Shown piece by piece: positions 1 through 10,382 of a stretch of 64,000 nt of DNA. Every line of letters begins with the position of its first letter. Within the stretch, counting starts at the first letter, position 1. The notes beneath the pieces are model-generated. The model was not told the origin of the DNA and made no database searches. It saw only the letters and a list, made by a program, of their open reading frames with translations. This stretch comes from an uncultured delta proteobacterium (GTDB lineage: Bacteria; Desulfobacterota; Binatia; Bin18): NCBI GenBank assembly GCA_963733195.1, contig CAVTCR010000009.1, positions 64,001 to 128,000 on the forward strand. Direction: 5' to 3'. Both the position numbers and the translations under genes were made by a program.

Positions 1-11
1 ATATCTCGGAG

Positions 12-1472
12 ATGATTTATATCGTTGACGCGACTGGCACACTGACCTACATCAGTCCGGTCGTTATCTCGCTCGGTGGGTATAGACCGGAGGAGATTGT
101 TGGTCGCCCGTTCTCCGAGTTTATTCATCCCAACGATTTGCCTGGGTTGATGGAAAATTTCCAACGAACCATTGCTGGAGAACTCCAACCGAGCGAGTTC
201 CGCGTCCGCAAGAAGTCCGGTGAGTTTTTTTGGGGCCGTAGTGCGAGTCGTCCTATTGTACGGAATGGTGAAGTCGTTGGTCTCCGTGGTGTACTCACGG
301 ACATTTCTGGGAACAAGCGGGTAGAGGAGGCCCTTCGGGAAAGTGAAGCGCGTTATCGGAACCTCTTTGAGAACGCAAATGATGCGATTGCGACGTTTAC
401 GCTGGATTCTGTGTTGACGAGTTTTAACCGTGGCGCAGAGCGTATGCTCGGATGGACTCGCGAGGAGGTGATTGGGCAGCACGCGAGGAAATTAACGACT
501 TCGGCTTCCATGCAGCTAGCGGAAGAGCGGACACGTCGCTTCCTTGCGGGTGATAAACCTCCGTCTTCAACCTTTGAAGCAGAGATCATTCACAAGGATG
601 GGCGTATTATTCCTGTTGAGGCGCGCACTCGTGCTATCCGTGACCGGAAGGGAATACCTGTTGGATTCCAAGGAATTTATCGGGATATCTCCGCGAAGAA
701 AGCACTTGACCGGCAACGCGGTGATTTCTTAGCGATGCTAGCGCATGACGTCAAGAATCCGCTGGCTGCGATCTTAGGTTATGTCGACTTGTTGCAACAC
801 GAAGTGACCACACCGTCGTCATCGCCCGAAGGAGAGTTCGTCCAACGCATTCGAGAGAATGCACAAACCACACTCTCGCTGATTACCAACTATCTTGATC
901 TTGCACGAGTAGAAGCGGGAGCGTTTGTCTTACAGAAGAGCCTATTCCCCATCGACATGATCCTGCAGCGGGTAGTCCAACAGTATGCGGGTGTTGCTCA
1001 ACGCCACCATGTGACCATTACGCTCGATATCGTCGAAAAGCTGCCCTCCTTGACTGCTGATGGGATGGCATTGGAACGGGTCTTTTCTAATCTGGTACGA
1101 AATGCCCTCAAGTTTACCCCGGAAACAGGACACATTACTGTTCGTGCACATCGGCGAGCTAAACACGGGGAGGCAAGTGACGATCGACGCACGCCTCTCC
1201 CTTACCACGTCCACGACGAGGGCGTGGTTGTCGAAGTTATAGACACCGGCCCAGGTATTGCTCCAGGAGACATTCCATTCCTGTTCCAGAAATATCGCCA
1301 CACGACTCCGGCGCGCAACCAGGAGGGAACCGGATTAGGGCTGTTTATCGTGAAAACTTTTGTCGAAGCGCATGGCGGGTCCGTTGAAGTAGAGAGTACT
1401 TTTGGCCGTGGCGTGTGCTTTCGAGTCATCCTGCCGACCGAGTCGTCACCCGAAGGACAGATTCACTCATGA
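12..1472 (+). CDS. PAS/PAS sensor histidine kinase (probably 5'-truncated by the window edge)
   Basis: Two PAS/PAC domains; H-box LAHDVKNPL; N-box NLVRNALKF; G boxes DTGPGI and GTGLGL. The frame is open back to position 3. The 3' end overlaps putA by 10 bp. Confidence 0.93.
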   Translation: MIYIVDATGTLTYISPVVISLGGYRPEEIVGRPFSEFIHPNDLPGLMENFQRTIAGELQPSEFRVRKKSGEFFWGRSASRPIVRNGEVVGLRGVLTDISGNKRVEEALRESEARYRNLFENANDAIATFTLDSVLTSFNRGAERMLGWTREEVIGQHARKLTTSASMQLAEERTRRFLAGDKPPSSTFEAEIIHKDGRIIPVEARTRAIRDRKGIPVGFQGIYRDISAKKALDRQRGDFLAMLAHDVKNPLAAILGYVDLLQHEVTTPSSSPEGEFVQRIRENAQTTLSLITNYLDLARVEAGAFVLQKSLFPIDMILQRVVQQYAGVAQRHHVTITLDIVEKLPSLTADGMALERVFSNLVRNALKFTPETGHITVRAHRRAKHGEASDDRRTPLPYHVHDEGVVVEVIDTGPGIAPGDIPFLFQKYRHTTPARNQEGTGLGLFIVKTFVEAHGGSVEVESTFGRGVCFRVILPTESSPEGQIHS

Positions 1473-4471
1473 CCTTTCGGAGCAAACCCCCGTCGCAGGG
1501 TGTTCTCGGTCACTACGCGCGGTTCAAGGAACTGTAACAGATAGTCAGGCCCTCCAGCTTTTGAACCTATGCCTGAAAGTCCCAAGCCGCCAAATGGCTG
1601 GCGACCCACAATGGCACCAGTGATCTTGCGGTTAATATAGAGGTTACCGACACGGAATTCCTGCCGTGCTCGCTCGATGTGCGCAGGGCTTCGTGAATAT
1701 ATACCTCCAGTAAGAGCATACGGAGTATCGAGCGCAATCGTGAGTGCCTCGTCGAAGTCACGTGCCTTGAGGACAGATAGTACCGGGCCGAAGATCTCCT
1801 CCTGCGCGATAGACGCATGCGGCGGAACGTTAGTGAAGATGACTGGCCCAACATACGTCCCCTGTGCCGGCGTCGGCATCTCCAGCGCAAGTTGGGCCTC
1901 TTGCTTCCCACGCTGGATGGCATGCCGTATCTTGTGTCGTGCGTCTTCATCGATGACAGGCGGGACGAAGGTTCCCGGCTCTTCGGCTGAACCGATACGG
2001 AGACTGCGCGTGGCTTCAACAAGACGTTGCACAAAAACATCGTAGACTTGTTCCACTACGATGACCCGAGAGCAAGCAGAGCACTTTTGGCCGGCATACC
2101 CAAAGGCAGCGGTAACGGTTCCGAGTACCGCTTCATCAAGGTCTGCGTCGTCATCGACGATAATTGCATTCTTCCCGCCGAGTTCGGCGATTACTTTTTT
2201 GATGCCACGCTGCCCTTCACGGGTTTGGGCCGCGACGGCATTGATATGAAGACCTACGGCCTGTGAGCCAGTGAAGGCAATCAGATTGACGTGTGGGTGC
2301 GTAACCAGATGTTCCCCGACCTCCTCTCCAATGCCTGGAAGATAGGAGAGTACTCCTGCAGGGAGTTCAACCCCACGAAAAATCTCCATGAGCTTAGCGG
2401 CGATAACCGGTGTCTGTTCGGCCGGTTTCATAATGACTGTGTTACCAGCCACCAAGGCCGCTGCGGTCATACCGGTGAGAATCGCCAATGGGAAGTTCCA
2501 CGGGGCAATCACAACTGCGACGCCGCGCGCTTGGTAGCGGTATTCGTTGATCTCCCCAGGAAGATCATCAAGTTGACGAGGTGAGGCAAGGCGCAACATC
2601 TCGTGACCATAATACATCAAGTAATCAATCGCCTCGCAGACATCGGCGTCTGCTTCACGCCAGGGCTTGCCGGATTCGAGAATCTCCCACGCAGCCAGTT
2701 CCGCACGACGGGCACGCATGGTTTCTGCAGCACGAAACAAAAAGTCAGCCCGCTGAACGGCACTTGTCTCACGCCAAATTGCGAACGCTTGCTGGGCCGT
2801 CTGTACACTTCGCTCAGCATCAGCAATCGTTGCGCGCGCAACGCGGCCAATGACTTCAGCTGGTTGCGAAGGATTCCGTGAGACGATCTCTGCGGCCGTC
2901 GCGATTTCCTGATCATTGATCACCAACGGATAGGTGTGGCCAAGTTGCCGACGAATCTGCACGAGTGCTTTATGGAACTTGTGGCGTGACTCTTCCTGGG
3001 CAAAGTCGTACTCTGGTTCATTGTGAAAGACTGAGTTCGTTGTGGAGTGAGTTGTGACTTGTACGGGAGCCGCCTGCGTCCCGTTATTATTTTCTCTTTC
3101 TTGCGCAACCTCGAAAGGACTTCGGAGTAGTGCATCTACTGCAGCATTCTCGACAAAGCTCTGGCGAAGGAAGGAATCATTCGACGTGTTTTCTAATAAA
3201 CGTCGAACCAGATAGCCCATGCCGGGAAGGAGTTCACCGAAAGGCGCATATACTCGCACGCGCTGACCGAGCTGGATCAGTGTTGCTTTGATCGCATCAC
3301 CCATGCCGTAGAGCATCTGGAACTCAACCGCACGTTCCGGCAGATCAAGTGCTCGTGAGGTTGCCAACGCATAAGCAATCGAGCGGACGTTATGGGTGGC
3401 GATTGCTGGCCGTAGGAGATGGATGTGTTCTAACAAGAGTGTAACGAGGCGTTCAAAGTTAATGTCTGTCTCCGACTTGCGGGTAAAAACCGGAATTGAC
3501 CAGTGGCGCTGCTGAGCGATGACAGTTTCGTAGTCCCAATAGGCCCCCCGTACAAGGCGGACGCTAATGGGTGTACCTCGAGTCTTCACCCATGCAAGTA
3601 AGTCGTGTACATCTTGTTCCGTCTCGCGTAGATACGCCTGGAGCACGATCCCCACATGTGGCCAGGTGTGGAACTCTTCTTCAGCAAAGATTTCTTTGCA
3701 AACACGCAGCGTGAGATCTTTGTAACGATACTGCTCCATGTCGACAGTAACGAACGCTCCTGCTTCTTTGGCGGCACGCAAAATTGGACGCAATCGTGCT
3801 TTGACCTGCATGGCGCTGTGCTCAGGGTCGATTGCATCAAATTGCGAATACAAAGCCGTCAATTTTACTGAAACATTGATCCGTGGAATTGGTCCCACGT
3901 GATCCGTATCAATGAGGGGAGCCGACTCCCAGTTTCGAGCTGCTTCGGAGAGGGAGCGCAGCAGCATCAGGTACCGATGTTGATATGCTTCTGCCTCCTC
4001 TTCACTGAGTGTTGCCTCGCCAAGCAGATCAAGGGTAAAGGCGAGATTCTGTCGACGTAACTTACGAATAGCGGTGAGTGCCTCAGCGGGAGTCGCACCA
4101 GCGATGAAACGCTGTGCCATGCGTGTGGCATTCCGCCGTACGGCTAGCGCGACAGCACGAGCTGCGGCAGTACTTTGTGTTGCAACATCAAGGCCCCACT
4201 GCACAGCGATCGGAAAGATCTCTTTGTGGTTAAGGAAATACTCTTGCAGATGGCGTGCGACTTGGTCACCGGTCTTCAGCAAAGGAAGTACGTCGATAAA
4301 GCGGAACATCTGTACTTTGAGGGTTTCGTCGTGCATGCACCAATCGAGAATTTTTTCGTCCCACCAGGCGAAATGAAAAACGGACGGGGACTCAGTCTGT
4401 AAGCGCGAAAAAATTTCGCGACCAATCGCTTGTGTTTGTCGTTCGATGTCATCAGATAATGCCACGGCCAT
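1463..4471 (-). CDS. putA: Bifunctional proline dehydrogenase / L-glutamate-gamma-semialdehyde dehydrogenase
   Basis: PRODH motifs [15 protein letters not shown] and RRLLENTSN; ALDH motifs PWNFP, FTGS, ELGGKN, GQKCSA and EIFGP. Confidence 0.97.
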   Translation of the reverse strand: MAVALSDDIERQTQAIGREIFSRLQTESPSVFHFAWWDEKILDWCMHDETLKVQMFRFIDVLPLLKTGDQVARHLQEYFLNHKEIFPIAVQWGLDVATQSTAAARAVALAVRRNATRMAQRFIAGATPAEALTAIRKLRRQNLAFTLDLLGEATLSEEEAEAYQHRYLMLLRSLSEAARNWESAPLIDTDHVGPIPRINVSVKLTALYSQFDAIDPEHSAMQVKARLRPILRAAKEAGAFVTVDMEQYRYKDLTLRVCKEIFAEEEFHTWPHVGIVLQAYLRETEQDVHDLLAWVKTRGTPISVRLVRGAYWDYETVIAQQRHWSIPVFTRKSETDINFERLVTLLLEHIHLLRPAIATHNVRSIAYALATSRALDLPERAVEFQMLYGMGDAIKATLIQLGQRVRVYAPFGELLPGMGYLVRRLLENTSNDSFLRQSFVENAAVDALLRSPFEVAQERENNNGTQAAPVQVTTHSTTNSVFHNEPEYDFAQEESRHKFHKALVQIRRQLGHTYPLVINDQEIATAAEIVSRNPSQPAEVIGRVARATIADAERSVQTAQQAFAIWRETSAVQRADFLFRAAETMRARRAELAAWEILESGKPWREADADVCEAIDYLMYYGHEMLRLASPRQLDDLPGEINEYRYQARGVAVVIAPWNFPLAILTGMTAAALVAGNTVIMKPAEQTPVIAAKLMEIFRGVELPAGVLSYLPGIGEEVGEHLVTHPHVNLIAFTGSQAVGLHINAVAAQTREGQRGIKKVIAELGGKNAIIVDDDADLDEAVLGTVTAAFGYAGQKCSACSRVIVVEQVYDVFVQRLVEATRSLRIGSAEEPGTFVPPVIDEDARHKIRHAIQRGKQEAQLALEMPTPAQGTYVGPVIFTNVPPHASIAQEEIFGPVLSVLKARDFDEALTIALDTPYALTGGIYSRSPAHIERARQEFRVGNLYINRKITGAIVGRQPFGGLGLSGIGSKAGGPDYLLQFLEPRVVTENTLRRGFAPKGHE

Positions 4472-4592
4472 CCTCCTTCCTCTGGTTTCCAGTATAACAA
4501 AAGACTCGTAAGTCTCAGGTCAGCCAAAACAGGTTCCGACAAGTCCCGATCGGTCGTGACCTTTTTTGACTTGCATGGATTGAGTCGCTACA

Positions 4593-6203
4593 GTGCAGCA
4601 CGTGTCGGCTTCTCCCGCTATGACTGAGCCTACTGGTCAGACTCCTCCTCCATCTCGGTCTAATCTCGCTCGTAAAGGTCTCCCGATTCTGATAGCAACG
4701 CTCATCAGTCGTCCGTTGGGCTTTGTACGCGAAGCGGTCCAAGCTGCGTTGTTCGGAGCCTCGCGGGTCACTGACATTTTCGTCATTGCCTACAATCTCC
4801 CCGAGATGATCCAGACGCTGTTCTTCAGCGGGGTACTGAGCAATTTCTTTGTACCAGTAATCACTCGCTATCGTGAGCATCGAGACGAACTCAGTACTGT
4901 CTTTAGTGTGACGATGAACGGAGCGATCGCTCTCGCCCTGACTCTTGCCGTAATCTGCTATCTTGCTGCTCCGAGTATCATTACCCTTGCGGCACCTGGT
5001 CTGAGCGAAGCAGACCGCGAACTCGCTATCTTCTTGTTCCGTCTGATGTTGCCGATGCTAGTTCTACACTGTTTGTTATCTGTGATGAAGGGAACACTGA
5101 ACAGTATCGGCCATTATGCGATGCCCGAATATGCGGGTGTGTACTTCAACGTTGTCGTGATTGCGAGCGCGCTGGTACTTGCCGCACAATACGGGATTAT
5201 GAGTCTCGCGATCGGTGTTGTGATAGGTAGTATCGTCCAAGTGGTCATCCAGATTCCTGTACTGCGACAGAAAGGCATTCGCTATCGACCGAGCGTTGGT
5301 TTTACTCATCCAGCACTGCGTGAGATGCAGGGCTTGGTGCTTGGTGCGATCGTGGCGACGGCAGTGGTGCCTGTCAACGCTTTTATCGCACGATCGATGG
5401 CATCTACCCTTCCAGAAGGCAGTGTTTCTGCATTAGCGTATGCGTTTCGTATCTTCATGTTGCCTGTTAGTTTGTTTGCTGTCCCGGTGTACACCGTGTT
5501 GCTAACGGATCTCTCAACCGCGCGCCATTCTGGGACACCGCAACACTTCAAAGAGCAAGCTGCGGCTGGACTGTCGCTCCTTTTTGCAGTTGCGCTGCCG
5601 GCAACCGCAGTTTTGATTGCGCTGGCGACGCCGATTGTTCGTCTCTTATATGAACGAGGTCAGTTTTCCCCTGACGATGTCGTCCTCACAAGCCAAGCGC
5701 TCATGGCATATGGAATTGGTACGTTAGCGTATGGCACCAGCCAAGTGATGGTACGATTGTTCAATGCGCAGAAGGATACGCGAACACCCGCGTGGGTCGG
5801 AGTTGGTTCAATTGCTTTGAGTGCAATAGGGAGTTGGAGTCTGATGCAGATGTGGGGGCATTGGGGAATTGCGTTGGTCACTTCGCTTGTTTCTTACGCT
5901 AACACGTTAGTGCTATATGTAGTCTTCCGACGTCGGCATGGTCCACTCAACGAAGCACTTTTGGGACGACGTTTTCTGATACATTTGTTGTTAGCTATTG
6001 CACTTGGAGTGATTTTATTCTTGCTTAGTCGTCCCCTCGCGACGATGTCGGGTTCTCTGATGGACCCGATGCGCCTGTCGTATTTCGTCGGGATCCTTGT
6101 CGCCGGTGGCGGTGTGTATCTTGTGTTAGGAGTCGTATGTAAGGTTGATGAGATTGCGGCACTCAGCCGGAGAGTAATGCAGCGGTTCTCGCGGGTAGGC
6201 TAA
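4593..6203 (+). CDS. murJ: Lipid II flippase MurJ (MviN)
   Basis: SRPLGFVRE...FGAS N-terminal motif, LYERGQF and DTRTP motifs, about 14 hydrophobic segments. Start may be the ATG at 4620. Confidence 0.93.
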   Translation: MQHVSASPAMTEPTGQTPPPSRSNLARKGLPILIATLISRPLGFVREAVQAALFGASRVTDIFVIAYNLPEMIQTLFFSGVLSNFFVPVITRYREHRDELSTVFSVTMNGAIALALTLAVICYLAAPSIITLAAPGLSEADRELAIFLFRLMLPMLVLHCLLSVMKGTLNSIGHYAMPEYAGVYFNVVVIASALVLAAQYGIMSLAIGVVIGSIVQVVIQIPVLRQKGIRYRPSVGFTHPALREMQGLVLGAIVATAVVPVNAFIARSMASTLPEGSVSALAYAFRIFMLPVSLFAVPVYTVLLTDLSTARHSGTPQHFKEQAAAGLSLLFAVALPATAVLIALATPIVRLLYERGQFSPDDVVLTSQALMAYGIGTLAYGTSQVMVRLFNAQKDTRTPAWVGVGSIALSAIGSWSLMQMWGHWGIALVTSLVSYANTLVLYVVFRRRHGPLNEALLGRRFLIHLLLAIALGVILFLLSRPLATMSGSLMDPMRLSYFVGILVAGGGVYLVLGVVCKVDEIAALSRRVMQRFSRVG

Positions 6204-6260
6204 GGCGGCTCAGCTATTGGTAAGTAACGAAATGCAGCCACAAGGACTGCATCTGAGAGC

Positions 6261-6395
6261 TGTCACCCTGAGTGTAACGAAGGGTCTCTCAGAGAGATTC
6301 TTCGCGGAGTTTATCCTGAGCCCTTCGTCAAGCTCACCTGTGCCTGCGGCACTGGCGCAGGCAGGACAGGCTCCGTCGAAGGGCTCAGAATGACA
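6261..6395. repeat. Nested palindromic REP-like composite element
   Basis: Outer arms TGTCACCCTGAG...CTCAGAATGACA; two nested CCCTTCG..AGCTCAGG-type modules in opposite orientations; innermost 27-bp palindrome at 6337-6363. Confidence 0.85.
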
Positions 6396-6433
6396 AGAAT
6401 ATCGTGAAGTGTACCAATGTCACGCGGTTCGAT

Positions 6434-7979
6434 TTAGTACCGTGCCATCCAACTTGTGACGAGATTTTTTTCCAAGATTTTTGCGCGGCGTGTCCAGCCA
6501 TTGCCTTCCGGTTCGGCTGCGGTGGCTCGTACATCTTGTGTCTCGTCTTGTGCAAGGCGTTGTGGAAAATTGGTTATGAGGACGACGAATCCTAATTGGC
6601 GACCTTGCCTGGTCGTCAAAAACCCTGCCAGCCCATCCGCGTAATTCATGGTCCCAGACTTCGCACGAACTGTGATATGTTCGGGGTCGTTTTTGACACG
6701 TTCCCACATCGGGGGCCACAAGAGTTGTGGAAAAGTGGATTGTCCGACCGGCAGTGACCACCCGACGCGCAGGATTGCCGACATTTGTCTCGGCGTCATG
6801 CGCGTGGCACTACTTAGCCCGGAGTGATTTGCGCAATGAAATCCTTGCCACGGGGCGTCGGGAAATTGTCGCAGGTACCAATTGGTCAGTGTCGCTGCTG
6901 ATTCACGAAGGGAAAGTGGGTGGGTACTTAACTTGCGGGACGCGGTCAGGCCGACCAATTCTGCTGCCAGATTGTTACTAAAGCGCAGGACCTTTGAGAC
7001 GATCTCCGGCAGAGGTTCGCTCCAATGCGTCGCGAGCATTTGTGCCGTAGCTGGTACGGCTGCGGCTTCGGGGAGTGGCAGCTCAATCCCCTTCTGCTTA
7101 CAGATTGTGCGGAACAGCAGGGCGGTGATGCGTCCCGGATCAAGCCTGACAGGTAAACCAATCCAACCTTGCGGCGGAAGCTTCGGCGATAACAACCAAC
7201 GGTCCAATGCGGGTCCGCCGTGGTTGGTTGCTTCATGCAGAAACGCGATGTTGGTGTCGAATTCTTCGGCCTGTCGTCCGACCGTGATCGCTTCCAGCGG
7301 AACCGTTCCTCCTTTGGCATGTGAGTATGCGCCTGGTGCCGCCCTCCCTTTGCGTGGCTTCTGCTCCCAGTGGAGCTGGATGCGGTTATAATTCACTGAC
7401 AATGCACTGAGGCCGGGATTGTACGGGTGCCGTCATTGAAATGTTCCGGTCAATCTGTTCAGTGCGAGTGAGCAGTGTGTCATCAAAAATAAAACTTCCG
7501 GATGACGTTTGTTATCCCGGCGTCCTGCACCGCCACCGCCAGGTTGCGCAGGTCATCTGTAGTCAGGGTAGGATCACCGTCGCCACGTAAATACAGGTTG
7601 CCGTGCAGGGTGCCGTCGATAATCTCGCCGGACGTGAGGACTGAGGTTTGGAAATAATGATCTTCTCCCAAAATCTTCAACGCGGCGATGGCGGTCATCA
7701 CTTTCGTTGTCGAGGCTGGGACGCGAGATTCGTCCGCACGATACTCCTCGATCGCTCGACCATCGGCCGGATCGAATAAGAGATAACTCACGTCCTCCTG
7801 ATGCTAAGCCGGAGCGTTCGAGGAGCACCTCTGGTGACTGTGGCGGTTCTGGCGCTTGTGTAGCTTGTGAGGAGGATGGCAACCGCCCTTTTCTGACCCG
7901 AGCCGAAGACGGAGTGCGGCAAGCCAAGAAAAAGCGCCACCAAGCACAACGACAGGAACAAACGATACTGTTTTTTCAT
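6434..7979 (-). CDS. dacB: D-alanyl-D-alanine carboxypeptidase/endopeptidase (peptidase S13), split by frameshifts
   Basis: Signal peptide MKKQYRLFLSLCLVALFLG; SxxK (PASTTK), GDGDPTL, SxN (FSNNL), HSGLS and KSG (AKSGTM) motifs spread over ORFs 7788-7979, 7483-7791 and 6434-7402. Confidence 0.85.
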
Positions 7980-8154
7980 GGATGAATGTAAGACAGAAAA
8001 AGGCCTCCTCACAACCACACCTCCACCCCGATCTTGTATAGTGTTATTGGTCATACAGTGTAGCAGATAGAACGGGGAGAATTCGAGCGGTGGGGCTTTT
8101 TGTTCAGTGAATAAGCCCGTGTAAGGTAGAGAGTGAGGTGGGAATCGCTCCAGT

Positions 8155-10350
8155 ATGATTGCTCCTATTAGTGCGCATCAGATTTTTCTCTTTCTCGTGC
8201 AATTTGCCGTATTGCTCACCAGTGCGCGTTTGCTCGGCGAGGTGATGAAGCGTTATGGCCAGCCGCCGGTCTTTGGTGAACTGTTGGCTGGTATCGCTCT
8301 TGGCCCGTCGCTCTTTGGCTGGCTCGCTCCGGACCTGTTCGTCGCGCTCTTTCCACGCGAAGCGTTGCAGTACCAGCTCTTGGAATTGATTTCCTGGCTC
8401 GGCATGATTTTTTTGCTGCTGCTGACCGGGCTCGAAACCGATATGGCGGTTCTCCGCAAGCTCGGACGACCTGCGACGTTGGCTTCTTTGCTGGGGATCC
8501 TCTTGCCCTTCACTCTTGGTTATATTCTTGGGGTTGCCATTCCAGAGCGGTTAATTCCTCATCCAGAACAACGCTTGGTGTTTCATCTGTTTATGGGGAC
8601 AGCGATGGCGATTTCGGCAGTCCCAGTCATTGCCAAGATCCTCATGGATTTGAACGTGTTACGACGTAATGTCGGTGCGATCATCATGGGTGCGGCAATC
8701 GTCGATGACATTGCCGGTTGGACGATTCTGTCCATGCTGATCGGCATGACTACGAAAGGGGTGCTTGATCTCCGCGACGTCGCTATTTCGGTCTTCCAGA
8801 CGATTGCGTTTGTGACCGTAGCGCTGTTACTCGGCATACAACTCGTCCGTCGCCTGATGCGATGGGTTGATGAACGCGTGTTAGTCGAAGAAGGGCACAT
8901 CACTGCGGTCATCGTTATTACTCTGATCTGTGCGGCTATTACTGAGGCCATCGGGATTCATGCGGTGTTCGGGGCATTCGTGGCTGGGGTCATTCTTGCC
9001 CAATCTCCACGAGTGCGGGCCAATGCATTAGAGAAGCTTGTGGGCGTGGTGCATGGCGTATTTACGCCAGTCTTTTTCGCGTTTGTCGGCTTGCGGGTGA
9101 ACCTCACACTTTTGAACGATCTGACGTTGGTTGGTGCGGTTGTTGGGGTTGCCTGTGCGGGTAAACTGCTTGGTTGCACTTTGGGTGGAATTCTCGGACG
9201 CCTGCCGTGGTGGGAATCCCTGTCAATTGGTATCGGCATGAACGCACGGGGAGGGATGGAATTAATCGTTGCGCTGATTGGCTTAACGTCAGGGATTCTT
9301 GGACCGGAAGTCTACAGTAGCCTGGTTATTATGGCGATGGTGACATCGCTCATGACCCCGCCGCTCTTGAAATGGTCTCTCCAGCACATTCCCCTCTCGA
9401 GTGAGGAACAGGAACGCCTTGGAATCACAACTGTACAACGGGGGATTTTTGACAAGCGGACGCTGCGCATCTTGATTCCGGCAGCGGGTGGTCCTAACGC
9501 CCAAACTGCTATGCGTATGGCGGCGCCATTGGCGACCAACGCTGACGCACGGATTACGACCTTATTTGTTGGCAGGGAGCCGTCGCGGACTTTTGGCTCG
9601 CTGCGGCGATGGTGGCGAGAAGAGAACACCTTCAAGGAGGGCGATCCACTCCTCGTGCTCCAGGGTATTGCACAGGACTTCGGTGTCTCGATCGAGAAAC
9701 GCGTAGTATCTGCAGATGGTACCCGAGACGGAGAAATCGTGCGCAGAGAGGCACAGCGTGGGTATGATTTGATCTTGCTGGGAGCGTCTGGGTATCAACA
9801 CCCCTTAGGCGGAGAGTTTTTGGGAGAGATACTGAAGGATCCCCCCACGCATGTTGCAATCATTAAGGCACGAGACGAAAAGCCACGCTACGAGCGTATT
9901 CTCGTTCCTACGGCGGATGATGTCTATTCGCAGCTTGCGGTTGAATTCGCCACCATGTATGCCGAGGATGTGGGGGCGCACGTCACCTTGTTGCATGTCC
10001 TGCCGTTGCCGGAACAGCCGCGTTTTCGCTGGTTTCGACGCCGAGATGCTACTCTGGATGAAAGCGTCCTCAAGATGATGTCCGACACCATGCTGTGGGA
10101 AATGCGCCCTACACGGGCCAAATCTGAACTGCGCTTGTCAGCCAAAGTCATTGAGGGCGAGCGACCCACCGAAGAAATTCTACGCGAAGCCCGACGTGGG
10201 AGCTATGACCTCGTCGTTTTAGGGGTGGAGAGTCGTACAGGTCGGGCAGGAACGATGCTGAGCCAAGGCACTGAGCAAATTGTTAATCAAGTTCCCTGTA
10301 CTGTGGTCGTTGTGTTCCCGCGCGGCTTACGTACCGGCCTCATACATTGA
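8155..10350 (+). CDS. CPA2-family cation:proton antiporter with two C-terminal universal-stress (USP) domains
   Basis: GELLAGIALGPS, AISAVPVIAKIL, DDIAGW, IHAVFGAFVAG and MNARG motifs; two ILVP...DLIVLG USP-like repeats. Confidence 0.92.
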   Translation: MIAPISAHQIFLFLVQFAVLLTSARLLGEVMKRYGQPPVFGELLAGIALGPSLFGWLAPDLFVALFPREALQYQLLELISWLGMIFLLLLTGLETDMAVLRKLGRPATLASLLGILLPFTLGYILGVAIPERLIPHPEQRLVFHLFMGTAMAISAVPVIAKILMDLNVLRRNVGAIIMGAAIVDDIAGWTILSMLIGMTTKGVLDLRDVAISVFQTIAFVTVALLLGIQLVRRLMRWVDERVLVEEGHITAVIVITLICAAITEAIGIHAVFGAFVAGVILAQSPRVRANALEKLVGVVHGVFTPVFFAFVGLRVNLTLLNDLTLVGAVVGVACAGKLLGCTLGGILGRLPWWESLSIGIGMNARGGMELIVALIGLTSGILGPEVYSSLVIMAMVTSLMTPPLLKWSLQHIPLSSEEQERLGITTVQRGIFDKRTLRILIPAAGGPNAQTAMRMAAPLATNADARITTLFVGREPSRTFGSLRRWWREENTFKEGDPLLVLQGIAQDFGVSIEKRVVSADGTRDGEIVRREAQRGYDLILLGASGYQHPLGGEFLGEILKDPPTHVAIIKARDEKPRYERILVPTADDVYSQLAVEFATMYAEDVGAHVTLLHVLPLPEQPRFRWFRRRDATLDESVLKMMSDTMLWEMRPTRAKSELRLSAKVIEGERPTEEILREARRGSYDLVVLGVESRTGRAGTMLSQGTEQIVNQVPCTVVVVFPRGLRTGLIH

Positions 10351-10382
10351 CCGTGCATTTCTTGACGTGCTAGGGTTTCTCC

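Noticed and set aside
7985-8150. Possible Na+/K+-related riboswitch upstream of the antiporter
   Set aside because: Some pairing potential exists but I could not match a known aptamer consensus; an Rfam scan is needed.
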